DNA from: Eledone cirrhosa
Taxonomy: Eukaryota
Length of the DNA: 64,000 nucleotides
Reading direction: 5' to 3'
Assembly (NCBI GenBank): GCA_964016885.1
Contig: OZ024741.1
Coordinates: 402,504,001-402,568,000 of the forward strand
Shown here one piece after another: positions 14,991 through 28,554 of this stretch. The position numbers and the translations under genes were made by a program. The notes below the pieces were generated by a model. That model searched no databases, had not been told where the DNA came from, and saw nothing but the letters and a program-made list of their open reading frames with translations. How positions within the stretch are numbered: the stretch's first letter is position 1; the number at the start of each line of letters is the position of its first letter.

Positions 14991-17900
14991 CTGAGTTGAA
15001 GACAGTGTGTTTAGCTGTTACACCTCCCTCGCTTCTTCTGATTACTGAGTTGAAGACAGTGTGTTTAGCTTTTACACCTCCCTCCCTTCTTCTGATTACT
15101 GAGTTGAAGACAGTGTGTTTAGCTTTTACACCTCCCTCCCTTCTTCTGATTACTGAGTTGAAGACAGTGTGTTTAGCTTTTACAACTCCCGCCCTTCTTC
15201 TGATTACTGAGTTGAAGACAGTGTGTTTAGCTTTTACACCTCCCTCCCTTCTTCTGATTACTGAGTTGAAGACAGTGTGTTTAGCTTTTACACCTCCCTC
15301 CCTTCTTCTGATTACTGAGTTGAAGACAGTGTGTTTAGCTTTTACAACTCCCGCCCTTCTTCTGATTACTGAGTTGAAGACAGTGTGTTTAGCTTTTACA
15401 CCTCCCTCCCTTCTTCTGATTACTGAGTTGAAGACAGTGTGTTTAGCTTTTACAACTCCCGCCCTTCTTCTGATTACTGAGTTGAAGACAGTGTGTTTAG
15501 CTTTTACACCTCCCTCCCTTCTTCTGATTACTGAGTTGAAGACAGTGAGTTTAGCTTTTACACCTCCCTCCCTTCTTCTGATTACTGAGTTGAAGACAGT
15601 GTGTTCAGCTTTTACACCTCCCTTCTTCTGATTACTGAGTTGAAGACAGTGTGTTTAGCTTTTACACCTCCCTCCCTTCTTCTGATTACTGAGTTGAAGA
15701 CAGTGTGTTTAGCTTTTACAACTCCCGCCCTTCTTCTGATTACTGAGTTGAAGACAGTGTGTTTAGCTTTTACACCTCCCTCCCTTCTTCTGATTACTGA
15801 GTTGAAGACAGTGTGTTCAGCTTTTACACCTCCCTTCTGATTACTGAGTTGAAGACAGTGTGTTTAGCTTTTACACCTCCCTCCCTACTTCTGATTACTG
15901 AGTTGAAGACAGTGTGTTTAGCTTTTACACCTCCCTCTCTACTTCTGATTACTGAGTTGAAGACAGTGTGTTTAGCTTTTACACCTCCCTCCCTTCTGAT
16001 TACTGAGTTGAAGACAGCGTGTTTAGCTTTTAAACCTCCCTCCCTTCTTCTGATTACTGAGTTGAAGACAGTGTGTTTAGCTTTTACACCTCCCTCCCTT
16101 CTTCTGATTACTGAGTTGAAGACAGTGTGTTTAGCTGTTACACCTCCCTCGCTTCTTCTGATTACTGAGTTGAAGACAGTGTGTTTAGCTTTTACACCTC
16201 CCTCCCTTCTTCTGATTACTGAGTTGAAGACAGTGTGTTTAGTTTTTACACCTCCCTCCCTTCTTCTGATTACTGAGTTGAAGACAGTGTGTTTAGCTTT
16301 TACAACTCCCGCCCTTCTTCTGATTACTGAGTTGAAGACAGTGTGTTTAGCTTTTACACCTCCCTCCCTTCTTCTGATTACTGAGTTGAAGACAGTGTGT
16401 TTAGCTTTTACAGCTCCCTCCCTTCTTCTGATTACTGAGTTGAAGACAGTGTGTTTAGCTTTTACAACTCCCGCCCTTCTTCTGATTACTGAGTTGAAGA
16501 CAGTGTGTTTAGCTTTTACACCTCCCTCCCTTCTTCTGATTACTGAGTTGAAGACAGTGTGTTTAGCTTTTACAACTCCCGCCCTTCTTCTGATTACTGA
16601 GTTGAAGACAGTGTGTTTAGCTTTTACACCTCCCTCCCTTCTTCTGATTACTGAGTTGAAGACAGTGAGTTTAGCTTTTACACCTCCCTCCCTTCTTCTG
16701 ATTACTGAGTTGAAGACAGTGTGTTCAGCTTTTACACCTCCCTCCCTTCTGATTACTGAGTTGAAGACAGTGTGTTTAGCTTTTACACCTCCCTCCCTTC
16801 TTCTGATTACTGAGTTGAAGACAGTGTGTTTAGCTTTTACAACTCCCGCCCTTCTTCTGATTACTGAGTTGAAGACAGTGTGTTTAGCTTTTACACCTCC
16901 CTCCCTTCTTCTGATTACTGAGTTGAAGACAGTGTGTTCAGCTTTTACACCTCCCTTCTGATTACTGAGTTGAAGACAGTGTGTTTAGCTTTTACACCTC
17001 CCTCCCTACTTCTGATTACTGAGTTGAAGACAGTGTGTTTAGCTTTTACACCTCCCTCTCTACTTCTGATTACTGAGTTGAAGACAGTGTGTTTAGCTTT
17101 TACACCTCCCTCCCTTCTTCTGATTACTGAGTTGAAGACAGTGTGTTTAGCTTTTACACCTCCCACCCTATTTCTGATTACTGAGTTGAAGACAGTGTGT
17201 TTAGCTTTTACACCTCCCTCCCTTCTTCTGATTACTGAGTTGAAGTCAGTGTGTTTAGCTTTTACACCTCCCACCCTTCTTCTGATTACTGAGTTGAAGA
17301 CAGTGTGTTTAGCTGTTACACCTCCCTCCCTTCTTCTGATTACTGAGTTGAAGACAGTGTGTTTAGCTTTTACACCTCCCTCCCTTCTTCTGATTGCTGA
17401 GTTGAAGACAGTGTGTTTATCTTTTACACCTCCCTCCCTTCTTCTGATTACTGAGTTGAAAACAGTGTGTTTAGCATTTACACCTCCCTCCCTTCTTCTG
17501 ATTACTGAGTTGAAGACAGTGTGTTTAGCTTTTACACCTCCCTCCCTTCTTCTGATTACTGCGTTGAAGACAGTGTGTTTAGCTTTTACACCTCCCTCCC
17601 TTCTTCTGATTACTGAGTTGAAGACAGTGTGTTTAGCATATACACCTCCCTCCCTCCTTCTGATTACTGAGTTGAAGACAGTGTGTTTAGCTTTTACACC
17701 TCCCACCCTTCTTCTGATTACTGAGTTGAAGACAGTGTGTTTAGCTGTTACACCTCCCTCCCTTCTTCTGATTACTGAGTTGAAGACAGTGTGTTTAGCT
17801 TTTACACCTCCCTCCCTTCTTCTGATTGCTGAGTTGAAGACAGTGTGTTTATCTTTTACACCTCCCTCCCTTCTTCTGATTGCTGAGTTGAAGACAGTGT

Positions 17901-20900
17901 GTTTATCTTTTACACCTCCCTCCCTTCTTCTGATTACTGAGTTGAAAACAGTGTGTTTAGCATTTACACCTCCCTCCCTTCTTCTGATTACTGAGTTGAA
18001 GACAGTGTGTTTAGCTTTTACACCTCCCTCCCTTCTTCTGATTACTGCGTTGAAGACAGTGTGTTTAGCTTTTACACCTCCCTCCCTTCTTCTGATTACT
18101 GAGTTGAAGACAGTGTGTTTAGCATATACACCTCCCTCCCTTCTTCTGATTACTGAGTTGAAGACAGTGTGTTTAGCTTTTACACCTCCCTCCCTTCTGA
18201 TTACTAAGTTGAAGACAGTGTGTTTAGCTTTTAAACCTCCCTCCCTTCTTCTGATTACTGAGTTGAAGACAGTGTGTTTAGCTTTTACACCTCCCTCCCT
18301 TCTTCTGATTACTGAGTTGAAGACAGTGTGTTTAGCTTTTACAACTCCCGCCCTTCTTCTGATTACTGAGTTGAAGACAGTGTGTTTAGCTTTTACACCT
18401 CCCTCCCTTCTTCTGATTACTGAGTTGAAGACAGTGTGTTTAGCTTTTACACCTCCCTCCCTTCTTCTGATTACTCAGTTGAAGACAGTGTATTTAGCTT
18501 TTACACCTCCCTCCCTTCTTCTGATTACTCAGTTGAAGACAGTGTGTTTAGCTTTTACACCTCCCTCCCTTTTTCTGATTACTCAGTTGAAGACAGTGTG
18601 TTTAGCTTTTACACCTCCCTCCCTTCTTCTGATTACTCAGTTGAAGACAGTGTGTTTAGCTTTTACACCTCCCTCCCTTCTTCTGATTACTGAGTTGAAG
18701 ACAATGTGTTTAGCTTTTAAACCTCCCTCCCTTCTTCTGATTACTGAGTTGAAGACAGTGTGTTTAGCTTTTACACCTCCCTCCCTTCTTCTGATTACTG
18801 AGTTGAAGACAGTGTGTTTAGCTTTTACACCTCCCTCCCTTCTGATTACTGAGTTGAAGACAGTGTGTTTAGCTTTTAAACCTCCCTCCCTTCTTCTGAT
18901 TACTGAGTTGAAGACAGTGTGTTTAGCTTTTACACCTCCCTCCCTTCTTCTGATTACTGAGTTGAAGACAGTGTGTTTAGCTTTTACAACTACCGCCCTT
19001 CTTCTGATTACTGAGTTGAAGACAGTGTGTTTAGATTTTACACCTCCCTCCCTTCTTCTGATTACTGAGTTGAAGACAGTGAGTTTAGCTTTTACACCTC
19101 CCTCCCTTCTTCTGATTACTGAGTTGAAGACAGTGTGTTCAGCTTTTACACCTCCCTCCCTTCTGATTACTGAGTTGAAGACAGTGTGTTTAGCTTTTAC
19201 ACCTCCCTCCCTTCTTCTGATTACTGAGTTGAAGACAGTGTGTTTAGCTTTTACAACTCCCGCCCTTCTTCTGATTACTGAGTTGAAGACAGTGTGTTTA
19301 GCTTTTACACCTACCTCCCTTCTTCTGATTACTGAGTTGAAGACAGTGTGTTCAGCTTTTACACCTCCCTTCTGATTACTGAGTTGAAGACAATGTGTTT
19401 AGCTTTTACACCTCCCTCCCTACTTCTGATTACTGAGTTGAAGACAGTGTGTTTAGCTTTTACACCTCCCTCTCTACTTCTGATTACTGAGTTGAAGACA
19501 GTGTGTTTAGCTTTTACACCTCCCTCCCTTCTTCTGATTACTGAGTTGAAGACAGTGTGTTTAGCTTTTACACCTCCCACCCTACTTCTGATTACTGAGT
19601 TGAAGACAGTGTGTTTAGCTTTTACACCTCCCTCCCTTCTTCTGATTACTGAGTTGAAGTCAGTGTGTTTAGCTTTTACACCTCCCACCCTTCTTCTGAT
19701 TACTGAGTTGAAGACAGTGTGTTTAGCTGTTACACCTCCCTCCCTTCTTCTGATTACTGAGTTGAAGACAGTGTGTTTAGCTTTTACACCTCCCTCCCTT
19801 CTTCTGATTGCTGAGTTGAAGACAGTGTGTTTATCTTTTACACCTCCCTCCCTTCTTCTGATTACTGAGTTGAAAACAGTGTGTTTAGCATTTACACCTC
19901 CCTCCCTTCTTCTGATTACTGAGTTGAAGACAGTGTGTTTAGCTTTTACACCTCCCTCCCTTCTTCTGATTACTGCGTTGAAGACAGTGTGTTTAGCTTT
20001 TACACCTCCCTCCCTTCTTCTGATTACTGAGTTGAAGACAGTGTGTTTAGCTTTTACACCTCCCTCCCTCCTTCTGATTACTGAGTTGAAGACAGTGTGT
20101 TTAGCTTTTACACCTCCCTCCCTTCTGATTACTGAGTTGAAGACAGTGTGTTTAGCTTTTACACCTCCCTCCCTTCTTCTGATTACTGAGTTGAAGACAG
20201 TGTGTTTAGCTTTTACACCTCCCTCCCTTCTTCTGATTACTGAGTTGAAGACAGTGTATTTAGCTTTTACACCTCCCTCCCTACTTCTGATTGCTGAGTT
20301 GAAGACAGTGTGTTTAGCTTTTACACCTCCCTCCCTTCTTCTGATTACTGAGTTGAAGACAGTGTGTTTAGCTTTTACACCTCCCTCCCTTCTTCTGATT
20401 ACTCAGTTGAAGACAGTGTGTTTAGCTTTTACACCTCCCTCCCTTCTTCTGATTACTCAGTTGAAGACAGTGTGTTTAGCTTTTACACCTCCCTCCCTTC
20501 TTCTGATTACTCAGTTGAAGACAGTGTGTTTAGCTTTTACACCTCCCTCCCTTTTTCTGATTACTCAGTTGAAGACAGTGTGTTTAGCTTTTACACCTCC
20601 CTCCCTTCTTCTGATTACTCAGTTGAAGACAGTGTGTTTAGCTTTTACACCTCCCTCCGTTCTTCTGATTACTGAGTTGAAGACAGTGTGTTTAGCTTTT
20701 ACACCTCCCTCCCTTCTGATCACTGAGTTGAAGAGAGTGTGTTTAGCTTTTACACCACCCTCCCTTCTGATTACTGAGTTGAAGACAGTGTGTTTAGCTT
20801 TTACACCTCCCTCCCTTCTTCTGATTACTGAGTTGAAGACAGTGTGTTTAGCTTTTACACCTCCCTCCCTTCTTCTGATTACTGAGTTGAAGACAGTGTG

Positions 20901-23900
20901 TTTAGCTTTTACACCTCCCTCCCTTCTTCTGATTACTGAGTTGAAGACAGTGTGTTTAGCTTTTACACCTCCCTCCCTTCTGATCACTGAGTTGAAGACA
21001 GTGTGTTTAGCTTTTACACCTCCCTCCCTTCTGATTACTGAGTTGAAGACAGTGAGTTTAGCTTTTACACCTCCCTCCCATCTTCTGATTACTTAGTTGA
21101 AGACAGTGTGTTTAGCTTTTACACCTCCCTCCCTTCTTCTGAATACTGAGTTGAAGACTGTGTGTTTAGCTTTTACACCTCCCTCCCTTCTTCTGATTAC
21201 TGAGTTGATGACTGTGTTTAGCTTTTACACCTCCCTCCCTACTTCTAATTACTGAGTTGAAGACAGTGTGTTTAGCTTTTACACCTCCCTCCCTTCTTCT
21301 GATTACTGAGTTGAAGACAGTGTGTTTAGCTTTTACACCTCCCTCCCTTCTTCTGATTACTGAGTTGAAGACAGTGTGTTTAGCTGTTACACCTCCCTCG
21401 CTTCTTCTGATTACTGAGTTGAAGACAGTGTGTTTAGCTTTTACACCTCCCTCCCTTCTTCTGATTACTGAGTTGAAGACAGTGTGTTTAGCTTTTACAC
21501 CTCCCTCCCTTCTTGTGATTACTGAGTTGAAGACAGTGTGTTTAGCTGTTACACCTCCCTCGCTTCTTCTGATTACTGAGTTGAAGACAGTGTGTTTAGC
21601 TTTTACACCTCCCTCCCTTCTTCTGATTACTGAGTTGAAGACAGTGTGTTTAGCTTTTACACCACCCTCCCTTCTTCTGATTGCTGAGTTGAAGACAGTG
21701 TGTTTATCTTTTACACCTCCCTCCCTTCTTCTGATTACTGAGTTGAAAACAGTGTGTTTAGCATTTACACCTCCCTCCCTTCTTCTGATTACTGAGTTGA
21801 AGACAGTGTGTTTAGCTTTTACACCTCCCTCCCTTCTTCTGATTACTGAGTTGAAGACAGTGTATTTAGCTTTTACACCTCCCTCCCTACTTCTGATTGC
21901 TGAGTTGAAGACAGTGTGTTTAGCTTTTACACCTCCCTCCCTTCTTCTGATTACTGAGTTGAAGACAGGGTGTTTAGCTTTTACACCTCCCTCCCTTCTT
22001 CTGATTACTCAGTTGAAGACAGTGTGTTTAGCTTTTACACCTCCCTCCCTTCTTCTGATTACTCAGTTGAAGACAGTGTGTTTAGCTTTTACACCTCCCT
22101 CCCTTCTTCTGATTACTCAGTTGAAGACAGTGTGTTTAGCTTTTACACCTCCCTCCCTTTTTCTGATTACTCAGTTGAAGACAGTGTGTTTAGCTTTTAC
22201 ACCTCCCTCCCTTCTTCTGATTACTCAGTTGAAGACAGTGTGTTTAGCTTTTACACCTCCCTCCCTTCTTCTGATTACTGAGTTGATGACAGTGTGTTTA
22301 GCTTTTACACCTCCCTCCCTTCTTCTGATTACTGAGTTGAAGACAGTGTGTTTAGCTTTTACACCTCCCTCCCTTCTGATCACTGAGTTGAAGAGAGTGT
22401 GTTTAGCTTTTACACCACCCTCCCTTCTGATTACTGAGTTGAAGACAGTGTGTTTAGCTTTTACACCTCCCTCCCTTCTTCTGATTACTGAGTTGAAGAC
22501 AGTGTGTTTAGCTTTTACACCTCCCTCCCTTCTTCTGATTACTGAGTTGATGACTGTGTTTAGCTTTTACACCTCCCTCCCTACTTCTAATTACTGAGTT
22601 GAAGACAGTGTGTTTAGCTTTTACACCTCCCTCCCTTCTTCTGATTACTGAGTTGAAGACAGTGTGTTTAGCTTTTACACCTCCCTCCCTTCTTCTGATT
22701 ACTGAGTTGAAGACAGTGTGTTTAGCTGTTACACCTCCCTCGCTTCTTCTGATTACTGAGTTGAAGACAGTGTGTTTAGCTTTTACACCTCCCTCCCTTC
22801 TTCTGATTACTGAGTTGAAGACAGTGTGTTTAGCTTTTACACCTCCCTCCCTTCTTCTGATTACTGAGTTGAAGACAGTGTGTTTAGCTTTTACAACTCC
22901 CGCCCTTCTTCTGATTACTGAGTTGAAGACAGTGTGTTTAGCTTTTACACCTCCCTCCCTTCTTCTGATTACTGAGTTGAAGACAGTGTGTTTAGCTTTT
23001 ACACCTCCCTCCCTTCTTCTGATTACTGAGTTGAAGACAGTGTGTTTAGCTTTTACAACTCCCGCCCTTCTTCTGATTACTGAGTTGAAGACAGTGTGTT
23101 TAGCTTTTACACCTCCCTCCCTTCTTCTGATTACTGAGTTGAAGACAGTGTGTTTAGCTTTTACAACTCCCGCCCTTCTTCTGATTACTGAGTTGAAGAC
23201 AGTGTGTTTAGCTTTTACACCTCCCTCCCTTCTTCTGATTACTGAGTTGAAGACAGTGAGTTTAGCTTTTACACCTCCCTCCCTTCTTCTGATTACTGAG
23301 TTGAAGACAGTGTGTTCAGCTTTTACACCTCCCTTCTTCTGATTACTGAGTTGAAGACAGTGTGTTTAGCTTTTACACCTCCCTCCCTTCTTCTGATTAC
23401 TGAGTTGAAGACAGTGTGTTTAGCTTTTACACCTCCCTCTCTACTTCTGATTACTGAGTTGAAGACAGTGTGTTTAGCTTTTACACCTCCCTCCCTTCTT
23501 CTGATTACTGAGTTGAAGACAGTGAGTTTAGCTTTTACACCTCCCTCCCTTCTTCTGATTACTGAGTTGAAGACAGTGTGTTCAGCTTTTACACCTCCCT
23601 TCTGATTACTGAGTTGAAGACAGTGTGTTTAGCTTTTACACCTCCCTCCCTACTTCTGATTACTGAGTTGAAGACAGTGTGTTTAGCTTTTACACCTCCC
23701 TCTCTACTTCTGATTACTGAGTTGAAGACAGTGTGTTTAGCTTTTACACCTCCCTCCCTTCTGATTACTGAGTTGAAGACAGCGTGTTTAGCTTTTAAAC
23801 CTCCCTCCCTTCTTCTGATTACTGAGTTGAAGACAGTGTGTTTAGCTTTTACACCTCCCTCCCTTCTTCTGATTACTGAGTTGAAGACAGTGTGTTTAGC

Positions 23901-25450
23901 TGTTACACCTCCCTCGCTTCTTCTGATTACTGAGTTGAAGACAGTGTGTTTAGCTTTTACACCTCCCTCCCTTCTTCTGATTACTGAGTTGAAGACAGTG
24001 TGTTTAGTTTTTACACCTCCCTCCCTTCTTCTGATTACTGAGTTGAAGACAGTGTGTTTAGCTTTTACAACTCCCGCCCTTCTTCTGATTACTGAGTTGA
24101 AGACAGTGTGTTTAGCTTTTACACCTCCCTCCCTTCTTCTGATTACTGAGTTGAAGACAGTGTGTTTAGCTTTTACACCTCCCTCCCTTCTTCTGATTAC
24201 TGAGTTGAAGACAGTGTGTTTAGCTTTTACAACTCCCGCCCTTCTTCTGATTACTGAGTTGAAGACAGTGTGTTTAGCTTTTACACCTCCCTCCCTTCTT
24301 CTGATTACTGAGTTGAAGACAGTGTGTTTAGCTTTTACAACTCCCGCCCTTCTTCTGATTACTGAGTTGAAGACAGTGTGTTTAGCTTTTACACCTCCCT
24401 CCCTTCTTCTGATTACTGAGTTGAAGACAGTGAGTTTAGCTTTTACACCTCCCTCCCTTCTTCTGATTACTGAGTTGAAGACAGTGTGTTCAGCTTTTAC
24501 ACCTCCCTCCCTTCTGATTACTGAGTTGAAGACAGTGTGTTTAGCTTTTACACCTCCCTCCCTTCTTCTGATTACTGAGTTGAAGACAGTGTGTTTAGCT
24601 TTTACAACTCCCGCCCTTCTTCTGATTACTGAGTTGAAGACAGTGTGTTTAGCTTTTACACCTCCCTCCCTTCTTCTGATTACTGAGTTGAAGACAGTGT
24701 GTTCAGCTTTTACACCTCCCTTCTGATTACTGAGTTGAAGACAGTGTGTTTAGCTTTTACACCTCCCTCCCTACTTCTGATTACTGAGTTGAAGACAGTG
24801 TGTTTAGCTTTTACACCTCCCTCTCTACTTCTGATTACTGAGTTGAAGACAGTGTGTTTAGCTTTTACACCTCCCTCCCTTCTTCTGATTACTGAGTTGA
24901 AGACAGTGTGTTTAGCTTTTACACCTCCCACCCTATTTCTGATTACTGAGTTGAAGACAGTGTGTTTAGCTTTTACACCTCCCTCCCTTCTTCTGATTAC
25001 TGAGTTGAAGTCAGTGTGTTTAGCTTTTACACCTCCCACCCTTCTTCTGATTACTGAGTTGAAGACAGTGTGTTTAGCTGTTACACCTCCCTCCCTTCTT
25101 CTGATTACTGAGTTGAAGACAGTGTGTTTAGCTTTTACACCTCCCTCCCTTCTTCTGATTGCTGAGTTGAAGACAGTGTGTTTATCTTTTACACCTCCCT
25201 CCCTTCTTCTGATTACTGAGTTGAAAACAGTGTGTTTAGCATTTACACCTCCCTCCCTTCTTCTGATTACTGAGTTGAAGACAGTGTGTTTAGCTTTTAC
25301 ACCTCCCTCCCTTCTTCTGATTACTGCGTTGAAGACAGTGTGTTTAGCTTTTACACCTCCCTCCCTTCTTCTGATTACTGAGTTGAAGACAGTGTGTTTA
25401 GCATATACACCTCCCTCCCTCCTTCTGATTACTGAGTTGAAGACAGTGTG
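14840..25450. repeat. Dispersed block copy, offset 7711 then 7765 bp (about 14.8-17.7 kb vs about 22.55-25.45 kb)
   Basis: ORF pairs 14888/22599 (7711), 15813/23578 and 16934/24699 (7765, one monomer more). Private variants ACAGCGTG (about 16015/23780) and TTAGTTTTTAC (about 16240/24005). Confidence 0.85.
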
Positions 25451-28400
25451 TTTAGCTTTTACACCTCCCTCCCTTCTGATTACTGAGTTGAAGACAGTGT
25501 GTTTAGCTTTTAAACCTCCCTCCCTTCTTCTGATTACTGAGTTGAAGACAGTGTGTTTAGCTTTTACACCTCCCTCCCTTCTTCTGATTACTGAGTTGAA
25601 GACAGTGTGTTTAGCTTTTACAACTCCCGCCCTTCTTCTGATTACTGAGTTGAAGACAGTGTGTTTAGCTTTTACACCTCCCTCCCTTCTTCTGATTACT
25701 GAGTTGAAGACAGTGTGTTTAGCTTTTACACCTCCCTCCCTTCTTCTGATTACTCAGTTGAAGACAGTGTGTTTAGCTTTTACACCTCCCTCCCTTCTTC
25801 TGATTACTCAGTTGAAGACAGTGTGTTTAGCTTTTACACCTCCCTCCCTTTTTCTGATTACTCAGTTGAAGACAGTGTGTTTAGCTTTTACACCTCCCTC
25901 CCTTCTTCTGATTACTCAGTTGAAGACAGTGTGTTTAGCTTTTACACCTCCCTCCCTTCTTCTGATTACTGAGTTGAAGACAATGTGTTTAGCTTTTACA
26001 CCTCCCTCCCTTCTTCTGATTACTGAGTTGAAGACAGTGTGTTTAGCTTTTACACCTCCCTCCCTTCTTCTGATTACTGAGTTGAAGACAGTGTGTTTAG
26101 CTTTTACACCTCCCTCCCTTCTGATTACTGAGATGAAGACAGTGTGTTTAGCTTTTAAACCTCCCTCCCTTCTTCTGATTACTGAGTTGAAGACAGTGTG
26201 TTTAGCTTTTACACCCCCCTCCCTTCTTCTGATTACTGAGTTGAAGACAGTGTGTTTAGCTTTTACAACTACCGCCCTTCTTCTGATTACTGAGTTGAAG
26301 ACAGTGTGTTTAGATTTTACACCTCCCTCCCTTCTTCTGATTACTGAGTTGAAGACAGTGAGTTTAGCTTTTACACCTCCCTCCCTTCTTCTGATTACTG
26401 AGTTGAAGACAGTGTGTTCAGCTTTTACACCTCCCTCCCTTCTGATTACTGAGTTGAAGACAGTGTGTTTAGCTTTTACACCTCCCTCCCTTCTTCTGAT
26501 TACTGAGTTGAAGACAGTGTGTTTAGCTTTTACAACTCCCGCCCTTCTTCTGATTACTGAGTTGAAGACAGTGTGTTTAGCTTTTACACCTACCTCCCTT
26601 CTTCTGATTACTGAGTTGAAGACAGTGTGTTCAGCTTTTACACCTCCCTTCTGATTACTGAGTTGAAGACAGTGTGTTTAGCTTTTACACCTCCCTCCCT
26701 ACTTCTGATTACTGAGTTGAAGACAGTGTGTTTAGCTTTTACACCTCCCTCTCTACTTCTGATTACTGAGTTGAAGACAGTGTGTTTAGCTTTTACACCT
26801 CCCTCCCTTCTTCTGATTACTGAGTTGAAGACAGTGTGTTTAGCTTTTACACCTCCCACCCTATTTCTGATTACTGAGTTGAAGACAGTGTGTTTAGCTT
26901 TTACACCTCCCTCCCTTCTTCTGATTACTGAGTTGAAGTCAGTGTGTTTAGCTTTTACACCTCCCACCCTTCTTCTGATTACTGAGTTGAAGACAGTGTG
27001 TTTAGCTGTTACACCTCCCTCCCTTCTTCTGATTACTGAGTTGAAGACAGTGTGTTTAGCTTTTACACCTCCCTCCCTTCTTCTGATTGCTGAGTTGAAG
27101 ACAGTGTGTTTATCTTTTACACCTCCCTCCCTTCTTCTGATTACTGAGTTGAAAACAGTGTGTTTAGCATTTACACCTCCCTCCCTTCTTCTGATTACTG
27201 AGTTGAAGACAGTGTGTTTAGCTTTTACACCTCCCTCCCTTCTTCTGATTACTGCGTTGAAGACAGTGTGTTTAGCTTTTACACCTCCCTCCCTTCTTCT
27301 GATTACTGAGTTGAAGACAGTGTGTTTAGCATATACACCTCCCTCCCTCCTTCTGATTACTGAGTTGAAGACAGTGTGTTTAGCTTTTACACCTCCCTCC
27401 CTTCTGATTACTGAGTTGAAGACAGTGTGTTTAGCTTTTAAACCTCCCTCCCTTCTTCTGATTACTGAGTTGAAGACAGTGTGTTTAGCTTTTACACCTC
27501 CCTCCCTTCTTCTGATTACTGAGTTGAAGACAGTGTGTTTAGCTTTTACAACTCCCGCCCTTCTTCTGATTACTGAGTTGAAGACAGTGTGTTTAGCTTT
27601 TACACCTCCCTCCCTTCTTCTGATTACTGAGTTGAAGACAGTGTGTTTAGCTTTTACACCTCCCTCCCTTCTTCTGATTACTCAGTTGAAGACAGTGTGT
27701 TTAGCTTTTACACCTCCCTCCCTTCTTCTGATTACTCAGTTGAAGACAGTGTGTTTAGCTTTTACACCTCCCTCCCTTTTTCTGATTACTCAGTTGAAGA
27801 CAGTGTGTTTAGCTTTTACACCTCCCTCCCTTCTTCTGATTACTCAGTTGAAGACAGTGTGTTTAGCTTTTACACCTCCCTCCCTTCTTCTGATTACTGA
27901 GTTGAAGACAATGTGTTTAGCTTTTACACCTCCCTCCCTTCTTCTGATTACTGAGTTGAAGACAGTGTGTTTAGCTTTTACACCTCCCTCCCTTCTTCTG
28001 ATTACTGAGTTGAAGACAGTGTGTTTAGCTTTTACACCTCCCTCCCTTCTGATTACTGAGATGAAGACAGTGTGTTTAGCTTTTAAACCTCCCTCCCTTC
28101 TTCTGATTACTGAGTTGAAGACAGTGTGTTTAGCTTTTACACCCCCCTCCCTTCTTCTGATTACTGAGTTGAAGACAGTGTGTTTAGCTTTTACAACTAC
28201 CGCCCTTCTTCTGATTACTGAGTTGAAGACAGTGTGTTTAGATTTTACACCTCCCTCCCTTCTTCTGATTACTGAGTTGAAGACAGTGAGTTTAGCTTTT
28301 ACACCTCCCTCCCTTCTTCTGATTACTGAGTTGAAGACAGTGTGTTCAGCTTTTACACCTCCCTCCCTTCTGATTACTGAGTTGAAGACAGTGTGTTTAG

Positions 28401-28554
28401 CTTTTACACCTCCCTCCCTTCTTCTGATTACTGAGTTGAAGACAGTGTGTTTAGCTTTTACAACTCCCGCCCTTCTTCTGATTACTGAGTTGAAGACAGT
28501 GTGTTTAGCTTTTACACCTACCTCCCTTCTTCTGATTACTGAGTTGAAGACAGT
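24699..28554. repeat. Apparently perfect tandem duplication, period 1928 bp (36 monomers)
   Basis: Identical 651-aa translations at 24699 and 26627. Private variant GAGATGAAG at 26130/28058 and shared variant ACACCCCCCT at 26211/28139. Confidence 0.92.

Larger units (their letters stand above)
1..22500. repeat. Dispersed block copy, offset 18827 bp (about 1-3.65 kb vs about 18.8-22.5 kb)
   Basis: ORF pairs 521/19348, 1537/20364 and 2430/21257 are offset by 18827. Rare variants ATTACTTAGTT and CTCCGTT are shared, with a handful of differences. Confidence 0.85.
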
